Assembly: GCA_964249105.1 (NCBI GenBank)
Contig: CAXUBB010000001.1
Location: 1 to 37,247, forward strand
DNA from: an uncultured Bryobacteraceae bacterium
GTDB lineage: Bacteria; Acidobacteriota; Terriglobia; Bryobacterales; Bryobacteraceae
Length of the DNA: 37,247 nucleotides
Direction of reading: 5' to 3'
Positions 9,408-18,954 of the stretch are shown here, piece after piece (position 1 is the first letter of the stretch; each line of letters opens with the position of its first letter). Position numbers and translations under genes: made by a program. The notes beneath the pieces were generated by a model. The model saw only the letters and a list, made by a program, of their open reading frames with translations. It was not told where the DNA came from and ran no database searches.

Positions 9408-10617
9408 CAGCGCAAGTTAAGGCGAGCGCTTCCGAGCGGTTCGCCTGGTTAACGGCAATCACTTGCGCGTTAGGAGCGTGCGGACGCCAGCGCGAGAACA
9501 TCCGCTCGCACGCATAGCCCGCAAACGCAGACACCAGCGGAACGCCCGCTGCTGCGGCTACATGCTGACCAACAGAGTCATACCCCACGTAAAGGTCACT
9601 GCCCACAATGTGGCCGGCAAACCCGGCATAACTTCCGTTATAAACGTGCAGCAGCGGTGAGTTCAGCCGCCGCGCTAAATCGTCGATACGAACAGCTTCT
9701 TCTCCGCCAGCTCCCCGATCAACGATTACTTTTTGCCCACTTTGAAGCAGATAAGCGAGAACGCCCAGTTCGAACTCATCACCCACGCGCTTTTCGGAGT
9801 TTTCACCCACACCCCAACTCACTGCAACATCGGCAATCTTCGGCCCTCGAACAGGAGCAACATAGGGCTTTGTGCCGCTCATAAAAAATGACTCACTGAG
9901 CCACGCCGAAATCAGTTCTGAGAGCGATAACGTCGAGGACCCGCCGAATGCCCGACTTTCAAAGAAATAGTATCTGGCGTCGTCGCAAACAGGAATCAAA
10001 CCTAGCTGCGTCAATCGGGAATCAGGATCAATGACAATTGTGCCCGGCTCATCGACGACGCTGTGAAGTTCGATGACGGCTAGCAGCCGGTCTTTCAGAA
10101 GGCCGCTCCTGCTATAAGTTACTGGAATTGAGGTAATTTGCGCATCACCGGCAAACAACTCAGCGTTTTTGGCCGGCCCGACCAGGCAAACCTCCGCCTG
10201 CGGAAATCGTTGTTTCATGGCCGCCAGCGCAACGCTCGTCACAGCGACATCCGCGCCCAAGGTCACACGGGAAAGAACAAATACGCGCCTAATATCGCCG
10301 CCGGGAAAGCGATGAACCTGGCTTACTCTCCGGTAACGCCCCAGCAAGTCCTCGGCATTATAATCCGGGATGGCACGGGCAATCACCCGGGTAAAAAGCC
10401 GGACGTAAATCTCGCATAATGAAGGCTCGAACAGATCGGCAAGGCGCTCGATGATAATCGAAAACAAGGCCCGCGTGGCGGCCGCCGCTACCAGTTCGTC
10501 CGTTTCATCCAAGGCCCGCTCCACGAGAGCGTCCAAAGCGCGATTGGACCAGGTGCCGTAGGTCAGGCAATCGTCAATGATTTCCCGCGCTAGTTCAACC
10601 GCCGATATATTTGCCAA
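9358..10617 (-). CDS. Glycosyltransferase family 9 (heptosyltransferase)-like protein with ~100-aa N-terminal extension
   Basis: [37 protein letters not shown] and the C-terminal [27 protein letters not shown] resemble the two conserved GT9 segments. This is from pattern memory only. The 3' end overlaps the convergent upstream gene by 50 nt. Confidence 0.5.
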   Translation of the reverse strand: MANISAVELAREIIDDCLTYGTWSNRALDALVERALDETDELVAAAATRALFSIIIERLADLFEPSLCEIYVRLFTRVIARAIPDYNAEDLLGRYRRVSQVHRFPGGDIRRVFVLSRVTLGADVAVTSVALAAMKQRFPQAEVCLVGPAKNAELFAGDAQITSIPVTYSRSGLLKDRLLAVIELHSVVDEPGTIVIDPDSRLTQLGLIPVCDDARYYFFESRAFGGSSTLSLSELISAWLSESFFMSGTKPYVAPVRGPKIADVAVSWGVGENSEKRVGDEFELGVLAYLLQSGQKVIVDRGAGGEEAVRIDDLARRLNSPLLHVYNGSYAGFAGHIVGSDLYVGYDSVGQHVAAAAGVPLVSAFAGYACERMFSRWRPHAPNAQVIAVNQANRSEALALTCAAIAEAAVGERSAKSKD

Positions 10618-11470
10618 TCAAAAGTCCCAATCTGTCCTTCGCTGCCGGGGGAATTGCCGCACGGTCTGTCAGAATCGAATGTTTTAAGGCAGAAGCGCAT
10701 TTACAGGTTCTCTCCGCCGGGAGCCGGCCGACAACATGCCGAACCAGTTGACAAGCATTGGCTGCGTTCTTTTTCAACACCTCGACGATCTGGTCTACCG
10801 TAACCGCGTCGTGCTCTTCATGCCAGCAATCGTAATCCGTTACCATCGCCATCGTGACATAGCAAAGCTCGGCCTCGCGAGCCAGCTTTGCTTCCTGCAA
10901 ATTTGTCATACCGATCACATCCATACCCCAACTGCGGTAGAGATTCGATTCCGCGCGCGTTGAAAAAGCCGGACCTTCCATGCACAGATACGTGCCGCCT
11001 ACCTTGCTGCTGATACCGATCTCCTGGGCCGACTGATGAGCGATCTCCGCCAGTTGGGGGCACACCGGATCAGCAAAGCTGATGTGCGCTACCACGCCGT
11101 CGCCAAAAAATGTCGAGATTCGTCCGCGAGTGCGATCAAAGAACTGATCGGGAATCACGAAATCCAGCGGTTTGTGTTCCTCTTTCAAAGACCCCACCGC
11201 GCTTAGAGATAGAATCTGCTCGACTCCGAGACTTTTCATGCCATAGATGTTGGCGCGAAAATTCAACTCCGAAGGGGAAAGGCGATGTCCGCGGCCATGT
11301 CTTGCCAAAAAAGCGACATCAACCCCTTCCAATTGCCCCATAATATATGCGTCGGAAGGATCTCCGAATGGAGTAGTGAGCGTTACCTCCTCATACGCTT
11401 CAAAACCGGGCATGGCATACAAACCGCTGCCGCCAATGATTCCCACCTTTGCTTTACGTTCCAAACTCAC
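10595..11470 (-). CDS. mtnP: S-methyl-5'-thioadenosine phosphorylase
   Basis: [12 protein letters not shown]-terminus, [32 protein letters not shown] block, 291 aa. Confidence 0.85.
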   Translation of the reverse strand: MSLERKAKVGIIGGSGLYAMPGFEAYEEVTLTTPFGDPSDAYIMGQLEGVDVAFLARHGRGHRLSPSELNFRANIYGMKSLGVEQILSLSAVGSLKEEHKPLDFVIPDQFFDRTRGRISTFFGDGVVAHISFADPVCPQLAEIAHQSAQEIGISSKVGGTYLCMEGPAFSTRAESNLYRSWGMDVIGMTNLQEAKLAREAELCYVTMAMVTDYDCWHEEHDAVTVDQIVEVLKKNAANACQLVRHVVGRLPAERTCKCASALKHSILTDRAAIPPAAKDRLGLLIGKYIGG

Positions 11471-11483
11471 TTCCTTGTCTTCC

Positions 11484-11891
11484 TTATTTCTGAATCAGTT
11501 CCAATAAGACTCCGCCGGTCGAACCAGGATGAACAAATACATAAGTGTGCCCTCCTGCTCCCCGGCGCGGCTCGTTCAACAACCGGCATCCCTGCTCTTT
11601 CAAACGTCCTGCTACCACAGCCAGATTATCCACACGCAGGGCAATATGGTGCAAGCCCGGTCCGCGCTTCTCAAGAAAACGAGCGATTACCGATTCGCTG
11701 TCTGTTGCCTGGAGCAACTCGATTCTTGAATTTGACTCAGCACTCCCAACCGGCAGCATCGCCGCCTGGACTCGCTCCGTTTCTATTGTCTCTATGGCGA
11801 TCACAGAAAGGCCAAGCGTTTCCCGATAGAAATGTAAAGCGTCTTCCAGGCCACGTACCGCAATTCCAATATGATCGATTTCAAAATTCAT
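11484..11891 (-). CDS. mce: Methylmalonyl-CoA epimerase (VOC/glyoxalase fold)
   Basis: 135 aa. IDHIGIAV...[11 protein letters not shown]...[17 protein letters not shown] is the typical epimerase pattern. It lies near meaB. Confidence 0.8.
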   Translation of the reverse strand: MNFEIDHIGIAVRGLEDALHFYRETLGLSVIAIETIETERVQAAMLPVGSAESNSRIELLQATDSESVIARFLEKRGPGLHHIALRVDNLAVVAGRLKEQGCRLLNEPRRGAGGHTYVFVHPGSTGGVLLELIQK

Positions 11892-11907
11892 AGTCTTGTC
11901 GCACCCC

Positions 11908-11924
11908 TTACTAAAGTTTAGTAA
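11908..11924. promoter_or_regulatory. Perfect 8-1-8 palindrome TTACTAAAgTTTAGTAA upstream of the epimerase start, a candidate operator
   Basis: Read directly from the sequence. It lies 17-33 nt upstream of the ATG at 11891, inside an AT-rich 550-bp spacer. No cognate regulator is identified. Confidence 0.3.
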
Positions 11925-12085
11925 TAGGATAAATCCTTAGGAATCAAATACATAGTAATATCTACTAACCCGCAGATTTAACCGAGTGATTCTCTTCCCC
12001 CACACTGGCCCTTGCGTTAGAACTTCTTGATTTTACGATGTCAGGAATTTTTTTAGCATTGGACTTTAGATTGCAAGGCTTTTAA

Positions 12086-12343
12086 GTGAACACTAAAGAT
12101 ATGGCCGCTACCAGTCCAGCAATCTCTTATTTCATACAAAGTCCAGCTACTTGCTCACCTGTAGAGGAGCTTTCTATCACTTCTCGTTCCGCTGACGAAC
12201 TTTGCGATGAACTCTTGGGGCATATGTTAGATTGCGATCTTTGCTTGAACAGGAACGAGCATACCTGCTCGGCTTACACGAGCTATCAGAATCACATTGC
12301 TCTCGCTGGGCGTCCTCAAAGGGGAGTAGTGTTTGCTTTCTAA
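12086..12343 (+). CDS. Hypothetical small Cys-rich ORF (85 aa) in an AT-rich spacer; may not be coding
   Basis: This is the only ORF in the 11,892-12,438 spacer. It contains H46-x3-C50-x2-C53 (GHMLDCDLC), the zinc anti-sigma type motif. There is no adjacent sigma factor, no clear RBS, and the composition is atypical. Confidence 0.2.
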   Translation: MNTKDMAATSPAISYFIQSPATCSPVEELSITSRSADELCDELLGHMLDCDLCLNRNEHTCSAYTSYQNHIALAGRPQRGVVFAF

Positions 12344-12438
12344 CATAGGCATTATCCTAAACAATTAACGCATTAACCATTTGGTTAGTTAATGGAGGTT
12401 ATGTAATTGCCCTTGACCATGCGCGGTCGGTTTTGCTT

Positions 12439-13371
12439 TTATCGTAGACTTGCCCTAAGCACATCGAGCGCCTGATAAGGATCTTCCTTTTTGTTGGCTA
12501 CTTGCTGCGCGTGATTGCTCAATAAACTCTCTGACAACTCAGAATCCAAGCGTTCCCGCAACAGTTCGCGCAGCCGAATAGTCCATGTTTCTGCCTGTGC
12601 ATTCTTCCGGCTACGTTTCCTGGAAACGTCCGTAACCACCGACCAAAGCTCTTCGATGCCGGTACCGCTGTTAGCTACCACGCGCCGCACAGGAGCAGCG
12701 TTTTCCCGCTCAGAGGCGCTGCCAAGGCTTTGCATGGCCCGGATTTCCTGCTCCAGTCGCTCCGCTCCCGCCAAGTCCGCTTTATTAATGGCAAACAGGT
12801 CGGCAATCTCCAGAATACCGGCTTTGAGAGCCTGCACATCGTCGCCCAGTCCCGGTACCAGCACCACGACGGTGACATCCGCCAGTTGCGCGATGGCAAT
12901 CTCATCTTGGCCGACGCCCACAGTTTCAATCAAAACAACGTTACGGCCGGCAGCATCCAGCAGAAGCGCCAGTTCCAGCGTGCCCCGGGTGATGCCGCCG
13001 AGTTGTCCTCGGGTCGCCACGGACCGGATAAATACGCCCTCGTCACGGTAATGATCTCCCATGCGTATTCGGTCACCTAAGATCGCGCCCCCCGAAAAAG
13101 GACTGCTCGGATCCACCGCAATCACACCCACGGTTTTACCTTGGAGCCGTAGAACCTTGATGAGCTGATCGACGAGCGTGCTCTTCCCTGCTCCGGGCGG
13201 ACCTGTGATGCCGACCGTTACGGCTCGACCCGTACGAGGAAAGAGTGAAGCAATCAGCGCCCGTCCCTCCACCGTTTGCCTTTCGATCAGGGTGGCGGCA
13301 CGCGCCAAGGCCCGGAGATCTCCCCCGAGAATCGATTGCGCCCATTGTTCCGTCTTCGAAGCCGCAGTCAA
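12439..13371 (-). CDS. meaB: Methylmalonyl-CoA mutase-associated G-protein chaperone (ArgK/MeaB)
   Basis: P-loop GITGPPGAGKSTL, NKAD specificity motif, 310 aa. The TTG start lies 1 nt after the acyl-CoA dehydrogenase stop. Confidence 0.85.
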   Translation of the reverse strand: MTAASKTEQWAQSILGGDLRALARAATLIERQTVEGRALIASLFPRTGRAVTVGITGPPGAGKSTLVDQLIKVLRLQGKTVGVIAVDPSSPFSGGAILGDRIRMGDHYRDEGVFIRSVATRGQLGGITRGTLELALLLDAAGRNVVLIETVGVGQDEIAIAQLADVTVVVLVPGLGDDVQALKAGILEIADLFAINKADLAGAERLEQEIRAMQSLGSASERENAAPVRRVVANSGTGIEELWSVVTDVSRKRSRKNAQAETWTIRLRELLRERLDSELSESLLSNHAQQVANKKEDPYQALDVLRASLR

Positions 13372-13372
13372 C

Positions 13373-14515
13373 TTACTCTTTTAGCAATTGCCGCGCGATG
13401 ACCAAACGCTGGATCTCGCTTGTTCCTTCGCCGATTGTGCAAAGTTTCACGTCACGGTAGAACTTTTCCACCGGATAGTCCTTGATGAAACCGTAACCGC
13501 CGTGGATCTGAAGCGCCTGGTCGGCTACAGAAACCGCCATCTCGGAAGCAAAAAGCTTTGCCATGGCCGATTCCCTGGTGACGCGCTTACCGGCATCTTT
13601 CCGCGCACCCGAGCAGTAAGTGAGCCAACGTGCCGCCTCAATCGAAGTAGCCATATTCGCCAGTTTGTCCTGAATCGCCTGAAACTCCGAAATGAAGCGC
13701 CCAAACTGTTTCCGTTGTTTCGAGTATTTCAAAGCCTGTTCGAAAGCGCCCTGTGCGATGCCAATCGAAAGCGCCGCAATGGAGATCCTACCACCATCCA
13801 AAATTCGCAAGCTATCGACAAAGCCTTCACCGGCTTTTCCCAATAACTGCGACTGCGGCAGACGGCAATTTTAAAATAGAACCTCGCCCGTGGCGCTGGC
13901 CCGCATGCCGAGCTTATTTTCCTTCTTGCCGACCCGGTACCCTGGCGTGTCCTTTTCCAAAATGAAAGCTGAAATTCCGTGTTGCGACGCGGAACGGTCC
14001 GTCACGGCCATTGCTACGCAGACATCGGCATAATGCGCGTTGGTGGTAAACGTTTTACCGCCATTCAAAATCCAGTGGTCGTCATTCAGGACCGCCGTGG
14101 AACGCGTTCCCGCCGCATCTGAACCCGCTTCGGGCTCCGTCAACGACCAGCAGCCAATCCACTCGCCGGTCGCCAGCTTCGGAATATATTTCTTGCGCTG
14201 CTCCTCATTGCCCGCCAGATAAATATGATTCGTACACAACGAATTATGCGCCGCGACAATTAAAGCGACGCTTGGGTCTACCCTCGCCAGTTCTTCAATG
14301 ATGATGGAGTATTCAATATAGCCATACCCGGCGCCGCCGAGTTCTTCTGGAAAGATAGCCCCCAACAAGCCCATCTCGCCAGCCTTTTTGATCACGTCCA
14401 GCGGAAATGTTTGGTTTTCATCCCACTCCAGAACGTGCGGACCCATTTCTGCTTCCGCAAAGTCGCGGATCGCTTTACGGAGCTGGTTTTGCTCCGGCGT
14501 AAATTCAAAATCCAT
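13373..14515 (-). pseudogene. Acyl-CoA dehydrogenase interrupted by one in-frame TAA (13871-13873)
   Basis: The two track ORFs (214 aa and 156 aa) share one frame and read ...[45 protein letters not shown]... The total of 380 codons matches a normal ACAD. The stop sits where homologs have Glu/Asp (ELIFEDCRVP type). The catalytic-Glu region IGEGTSEIQ lies downstream of the stop. Confidence 0.8.
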
Positions 14516-14607
14516 AGTTATTACAAAGTGCGTCCCGGTTAGGCCCGCATTTACAAGTAGACCATTTCAATTATTGTTATTCTCACCTGGAACCCGACAG
14601 TCGTATA

Positions 14608-15780
14608 GTGATGTCGAACATGACTGTTTTGAAACCCTCGTCGGCAAGCGATCTGGCAATGGCCCTTCGTGATGCGTCAGAGTCCGCGCGAACGATTAAT
14701 GTTTTCGGTAATCGCTCAAAACGGCTCATGGCAGGTCCTGTTCTTCCCGCCGATGTGAATATTGCAACTACAGGCTTAAACCAAGTATTACAGTACGAGC
14801 GTAACGATCTGACCATCAGTGTAGAAGCGGGTTTGTCCTTCGCGCAACTACAGGAACTTCTGCATCGCAATAGACAAATGATTGCCCTTGATCCTCCCTT
14901 TTTCGCGGAATCAACCGTGGGAGGCGTGCTCGCCGCGAACTGTAGCGGCTCCATGCGGCGGCGGTACGGCACGGCGCGCGACCTGGTAATTGGAATGACG
15001 TTCGCCACGCCTGAAGGAAAGCTCATCAAAACCGGAGGCATGGTGGTCAAGAACGTCGCCGGGCTGGATATGGGTAAGTTATTGATCGGCAGCTTCGGAA
15101 CCCTAGCGGTCATCACCAGCGTCAATTTCCGCGTGCATTCCCTGCCTGAAGCAACGCAAACTTTTCTCTTTTCCGCGCCTAAACTCGATGAGATTATTGA
15201 AAAGCGCAGAAAGATTTTGCAGGGGCCTCTCAGACCAATGGCAATGGACTTGTTATCCGAACCGATAGCGGTTCGCTTTGGCAGGAACGGGTGGCTGCTG
15301 GCGATCAGAGCAGGCGGCACCAGTGCGGTTCTCCAACGCTATGCACGTGAACTGGAAGGAGCAGATATCCTGGAAGAAGAAAACGAGACTGCCTTCTGGA
15401 AGCAAATTACTGAATTCACGCCTGAGTTTTTGAATAATCAACCGAGTGGCGTGGTGTTGCGTATCGGAACCCGTCTGAGCGATTCCTCTCTGCTGCTCAA
15501 ACTGCTCCCGGTTCCGAGCATCTCACGCAGCGCTTCCGGAACAACCTACCTTTACCTGAGTTCCTGGCAGGCTGCCGCCCCCATCTGGAACGCAGCCAAA
15601 GAGCATAATTGGAGCGCCGTTGTTGAGTTTGCGCCGGACGAGATCCGGTTGGCAAATGAACTATGGCTGTCGGCGCGGTCACTTCCCGAGGCAAGCGGTT
15701 TTAGCATAATGGAGAAGATAAAACAAATGTTCGATCCTGATAAACTTCTGAACCGGTCGCGACTCTATGGCAGGATCTGA
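14608..15780 (+). CDS. glcE: FAD-binding (PCMH-type) oxidoreductase, glycolate oxidase subunit GlcE-like
   Basis: The FAD_binding_4-like core is GGVLAANCSGSMRRRYGTARDLVIGMTFATPEGKLIKTGGMVVKNVAGLDMGKLLIGSFGTLAVIT. It overlaps the following glcF by 14 nt. Start is GTG 14608 or ATG 14611. Confidence 0.75.
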   Translation: MMSNMTVLKPSSASDLAMALRDASESARTINVFGNRSKRLMAGPVLPADVNIATTGLNQVLQYERNDLTISVEAGLSFAQLQELLHRNRQMIALDPPFFAESTVGGVLAANCSGSMRRRYGTARDLVIGMTFATPEGKLIKTGGMVVKNVAGLDMGKLLIGSFGTLAVITSVNFRVHSLPEATQTFLFSAPKLDEIIEKRRKILQGPLRPMAMDLLSEPIAVRFGRNGWLLAIRAGGTSAVLQRYARELEGADILEEENETAFWKQITEFTPEFLNNQPSGVVLRIGTRLSDSSLLLKLLPVPSISRSASGTTYLYLSSWQAAAPIWNAAKEHNWSAVVEFAPDEIRLANELWLSARSLPEASGFSIMEKIKQMFDPDKLLNRSRLYGRI

Positions 15781-17125
15781 GCTGTTGGAAATTAAAACCG
15801 AGCCAGGCGGAGGGCCCAGCCAAGCAGACCTCGACAAGTGCGTGCATTGCGGTTTATGCCTGAATGCGTGTCCGACCTATCGCGAACTGGGCATTGAATT
15901 AGATTCGCCCCGCGGCCGTATTTATCAGATGAACGAGGTGGTAAATGGCGCGCCTATTACCGATTCGTACATCGAGCACCTGGACTGCTGCTTGGCGTGC
16001 CGCGGCTGTGAAACGGCTTGTCCGTCCGGTGTCCCTTATGGGCGGATGATTGAGGCAGCGCGAGCCCAAATTGAGGCTTCCCGCAAGCAAAGCTCCATCG
16101 CGCATGCGATGAAGAAGTTTATGTTTGAAAGCCTGCTGCAATCGCGTGCTGGGTTGCAAATCGCAGGCGGAGCATTGTTTGCCTATCAGTCATCGGGGTT
16201 GCAACGGCTGGTACGCGCTACCGGCATACTGAAGCCGTTCGGGAGACTCGCCCAGATCGAGGCGCTTGCGCCCCATGCCGAAGCGCCTTTTTTCTTTTCC
16301 AAATTGGGAAAAACTTTTCCGGCTATTGGTGAACGTCGATACCGGGTTGCTTTCCTGGCAGGGTGCGTTGCCAATGTCGCCTTCGCGCGGCTAAACGAAG
16401 CCACAGTTCGAGTGCTTCAACACAACGGCTGTGAAGTGGTTCTGCCCGGCTCGCAAGGCTGCTGTGGCGCGCTGCACGTTCATTCCGGACTATATGTCGA
16501 AGCAGAAGCTTTGGCGCGCGTGAATATAGATGCTGTCGAGACGAGTAATTTCGACGCCATTATCACCAACGCGGCAGGGTGCGGCTCCACTTTGAAAGAG
16601 TATGACGAGTTGCTGAAGCATGATGGCGCGTATCGCGAGAGAGCCAAGAAATTTGTAGCGCGCATGAAGGATGTCACAGAGTTTCTCGCCTCTCTTGAAC
16701 TGAACCGGAACATGGGTCCGCTTGACACGGTTGTTACTTATCAAGATTCGTGCCATCTTGCGCATGGGCAAAAAATCAAAGTTGCGCCTCGCAAACTGCT
16801 GAAGGCTATTCCTGGTTTAACTTTTCGTGAAATGCCGATGGCTGATCTTTGCTGCGGCAGCGCCGGGATCTACAACATCGTGCAAAATCAGATGGCAATG
16901 AAGATTTTAGAGCACAAGATGGCTTCTGTTGCGGCCACGAAGGCATCGCTGATTGTAACCGCCAACCCCGGCTGCATGCTGCAATTAGCGGCAGGAGCGA
17001 GGCTTTATGGAAACGGGCAGCGAGTGGCGCATGTCGTGGAGGTGTTGGACGAAGCGTATGCGCAATTCGACATGACTTCCTCTACCCAGTTGAGAGCGAA
17101 AGAGTCAATCCAAAACCTCGGTTGA
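15767..17125 (+). CDS. glcF: Glycolate oxidase iron-sulfur subunit (2x 4Fe-4S motif + two CCG domains)
   Basis: CVHCGLCLNACP and CLACRGCETACP ferredoxin motifs, with GCCGALH and LCCGSAG CCG-domain motifs. 452 aa. Confidence 0.85.
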   Translation: MAGSELLEIKTEPGGGPSQADLDKCVHCGLCLNACPTYRELGIELDSPRGRIYQMNEVVNGAPITDSYIEHLDCCLACRGCETACPSGVPYGRMIEAARAQIEASRKQSSIAHAMKKFMFESLLQSRAGLQIAGGALFAYQSSGLQRLVRATGILKPFGRLAQIEALAPHAEAPFFFSKLGKTFPAIGERRYRVAFLAGCVANVAFARLNEATVRVLQHNGCEVVLPGSQGCCGALHVHSGLYVEAEALARVNIDAVETSNFDAIITNAAGCGSTLKEYDELLKHDGAYRERAKKFVARMKDVTEFLASLELNRNMGPLDTVVTYQDSCHLAHGQKIKVAPRKLLKAIPGLTFREMPMADLCCGSAGIYNIVQNQMAMKILEHKMASVAATKASLIVTANPGCMLQLAAGARLYGNGQRVAHVVEVLDEAYAQFDMTSSTQLRAKESIQNLG

Positions 17126-18021
17126 TAACGGGACAGAAATCCAAGATGACCACCATATTTCGTCGCCATCAAGCGAAGTGATGGGTTTTGCTGAAACGCC
17201 TGATGGCGGAAGATCTCGAAAGGAACTAGTGGGTCATCCTCAGCGGTAATCACGAGGGTCGGCACGCAAATCGCATCCAAATAATTGGTTGCTGATTGGG
17301 TGGCATAATAATTGGCCGCAGTACCGAATCCAAACAACGGCGCCGTGTAGCGGTCGTCAAACTGCCAAATTGTTTTGACGGCATGCAGACCGTCAGAACG
17401 ATACAGATGGGGAGCTAAACGGCTTTTCCGCTCAATGCGTTTACGGAGTCGGTCAAGGAAACGGCGGGCATAGAAAATATTGGATCGCTTATCGATGGCC
17501 CGCACGCAAGCGGCAAGATCAATGGGCGGCGATACCGCGCAAACACCTTGCAAAAGTTGCGTTTCACCCAGTTCGCCAGCCAGTTTCAGGACAACGTTGC
17601 CGCCTAGCGAAAAACCAACAGCGAAGACAGGTTGCCGCCAGCAATCTTTGATGGCTTGCAGTACAACATGAGTGTCGCTTGTGAGACCGGAGTGATACAT
17701 GGTCTCACAGAGATCCTCGGTTCCACCACAGGTTCGCAAATTGAGCCGATGGACACCAAATCCTCGCTCCAGCGCCGTTTGGGAAAAACTTCTTATGTAG
17801 CCAGCTTCAGCAGAACCTTCCAGGCCATGCAGGAAGGCAATCTGCCCGCGAGGAGCAGCGGACGGCTGCTGCTGCAAGGAAACAACCGTTGTCTGACTAT
17901 CTATTTTGTACAGTTTTCGCGTAACTGGATACTGCTGCTCATCCAGAGTTCGCCGCCAGAAGTTTCCTGCAACGGTCAATAGATGTGGATTTCGAAGTAA
18001 AGGTATGAAATCCGGGCGCAA
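17005..18021 (-). CDS. Alpha/beta-fold hydrolase (YheT/ABHD1-3-like)
   Basis: FLHGLEGS oxyanion region and GFSLGGN nucleophile elbow. The N-terminus FIPLLRNPHLLTV is typical of the family. TTG start. The C-terminal ~40 codons overlap the convergent glcF 3' end. Confidence 0.75.
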   Translation of the reverse strand: MRPDFIPLLRNPHLLTVAGNFWRRTLDEQQYPVTRKLYKIDSQTTVVSLQQQPSAAPRGQIAFLHGLEGSAEAGYIRSFSQTALERGFGVHRLNLRTCGGTEDLCETMYHSGLTSDTHVVLQAIKDCWRQPVFAVGFSLGGNVVLKLAGELGETQLLQGVCAVSPPIDLAACVRAIDKRSNIFYARRFLDRLRKRIERKSRLAPHLYRSDGLHAVKTIWQFDDRYTAPLFGFGTAANYYATQSATNYLDAICVPTLVITAEDDPLVPFEIFRHQAFQQNPSLRLMATKYGGHLGFLSRYQPRFWIDSFALNWVEEVMSNCAYASSNTSTTCATRCPFP

Positions 18022-18072
18022 GTCCGATTGTAGCGGGCCTGTATCTTCGATATATTGCAGCCCGGATCTGCT

Positions 18073-18861
18073 TTATTGTGATGCTTCGCTTTTTCTGCTC
18101 AAGTCTTCTGACAGGATAATGGCCTCGGCCAGGTCGCGCATGGGCCGCCGCAAACGCCGGCTTTCGTTACGTAATCGCAAATATGCTTCTTCTTCGGTCA
18201 AACTATGCCGATGCTGCAGAATACCCTTGGCCCGCTCAACAATCTTGCGCGTTTCCAATTGGCGGCGCATTTCGGCAGTTTCTTCCTGCAGTCGAAGATT
18301 CTCTTCGGCCAGAACAGATTTTGAGATGGCTCCGCCCATCTGCTCACCGACGAACGTCAACAAGGAAATTTCGTCAGGGCTGTGGAAATAAGGCTCACGG
18401 TGATGCACGTTGATAACGCCGATCACCTCGCCGCCACTCACCAGAGGAACAGAAAGAAAAGCTTCGTAAGTGTCTTCCACGAGCGCTTGAAAGCGTTTAA
18501 ACCGGCGGTCAGAAGAAGCGTTTTCCGGCAGAGCCACCACGGAATGATGCTCAACTACCCATCCGGTAACACCCTCGCCCACTTTCAGGCGAATGTTTCC
18601 AAGATCAACCTGATGAGGCACTTGCGACGCACGAAGGACAATTTCGTTGGTCTCGCGTTCGATCAGATAAACGAGACAAGCGTCACACTGTGTCACTTGA
18701 ACGGTTAATCCTACAATCTCGCCGAGCATTTCATCAAGGGAAAGCTCTGAACTGACTATATTGCTGATTCGATGTAGGAGCGTGACCTGAGAGGTCGGCG
18801 GCTCTAACAGAGTTGCTGTCGCCATACTCGACTGTAGAACATAGCTGCACTGATTCACCAA
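18073..18861 (-). CDS. GAF + ANTAR domain RNA-binding antitermination regulator
   Basis: A central GAF-like region is followed by the ANTAR helix pattern LETRKIVERAKGILQHRHSLTEEEAYLRLRNESRRLRRPMRDLAEAII. An alternative start is Met13 at 18825. Confidence 0.8.
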   Translation of the reverse strand: MVNQCSYVLQSSMATATLLEPPTSQVTLLHRISNIVSSELSLDEMLGEIVGLTVQVTQCDACLVYLIERETNEIVLRASQVPHQVDLGNIRLKVGEGVTGWVVEHHSVVALPENASSDRRFKRFQALVEDTYEAFLSVPLVSGGEVIGVINVHHREPYFHSPDEISLLTFVGEQMGGAISKSVLAEENLRLQEETAEMRRQLETRKIVERAKGILQHRHSLTEEEAYLRLRNESRRLRRPMRDLAEAIILSEDLSRKSEASQ

Positions 18862-18954
18862 TCAAAATTATTGATATCGATCATTGAACGGCAAGTCTCC
18901 TGTTTTCAAACGCTTGACGAAGAAACAACAATGTAACACCCCGCTGGAGAGGCG

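Noticed and set aside
11285-11893. 202-aa plus-strand ORF
   Set aside because: It spans the mtnP/epimerase junction on the opposite strand. Both of those genes are strongly supported.
11892-12438. Cobalamin riboswitch in the spacer between meaB and the epimerase
   Set aside because: The only resemblance is a weak CACTGGCC string. The spacer is AT-rich and lacks the GC-rich multi-stem B12 architecture and the B12 box.
12515-13051. 178-aa plus-strand ORF (and the neighbouring 116-aa, 84-aa and 69-aa ORFs)
   Set aside because: They are antisense or out of frame within meaB. They are Ser/Arg-rich with no motifs.
13871-13873. Recoding (selenocysteine or pyrrolysine) at the ACAD stop
   Set aside because: The codon is UAA, not UGA or UAG. 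Homologs have Glu/Asp here, and no SECIS-like element is needed to explain it.
14583-15320. 245-aa minus-strand ORF
   Set aside because: It is antisense to the well-supported glcE. The sequence is low-complexity (S/R/P/A-rich), as expected for a shadow ORF in GC-rich DNA.
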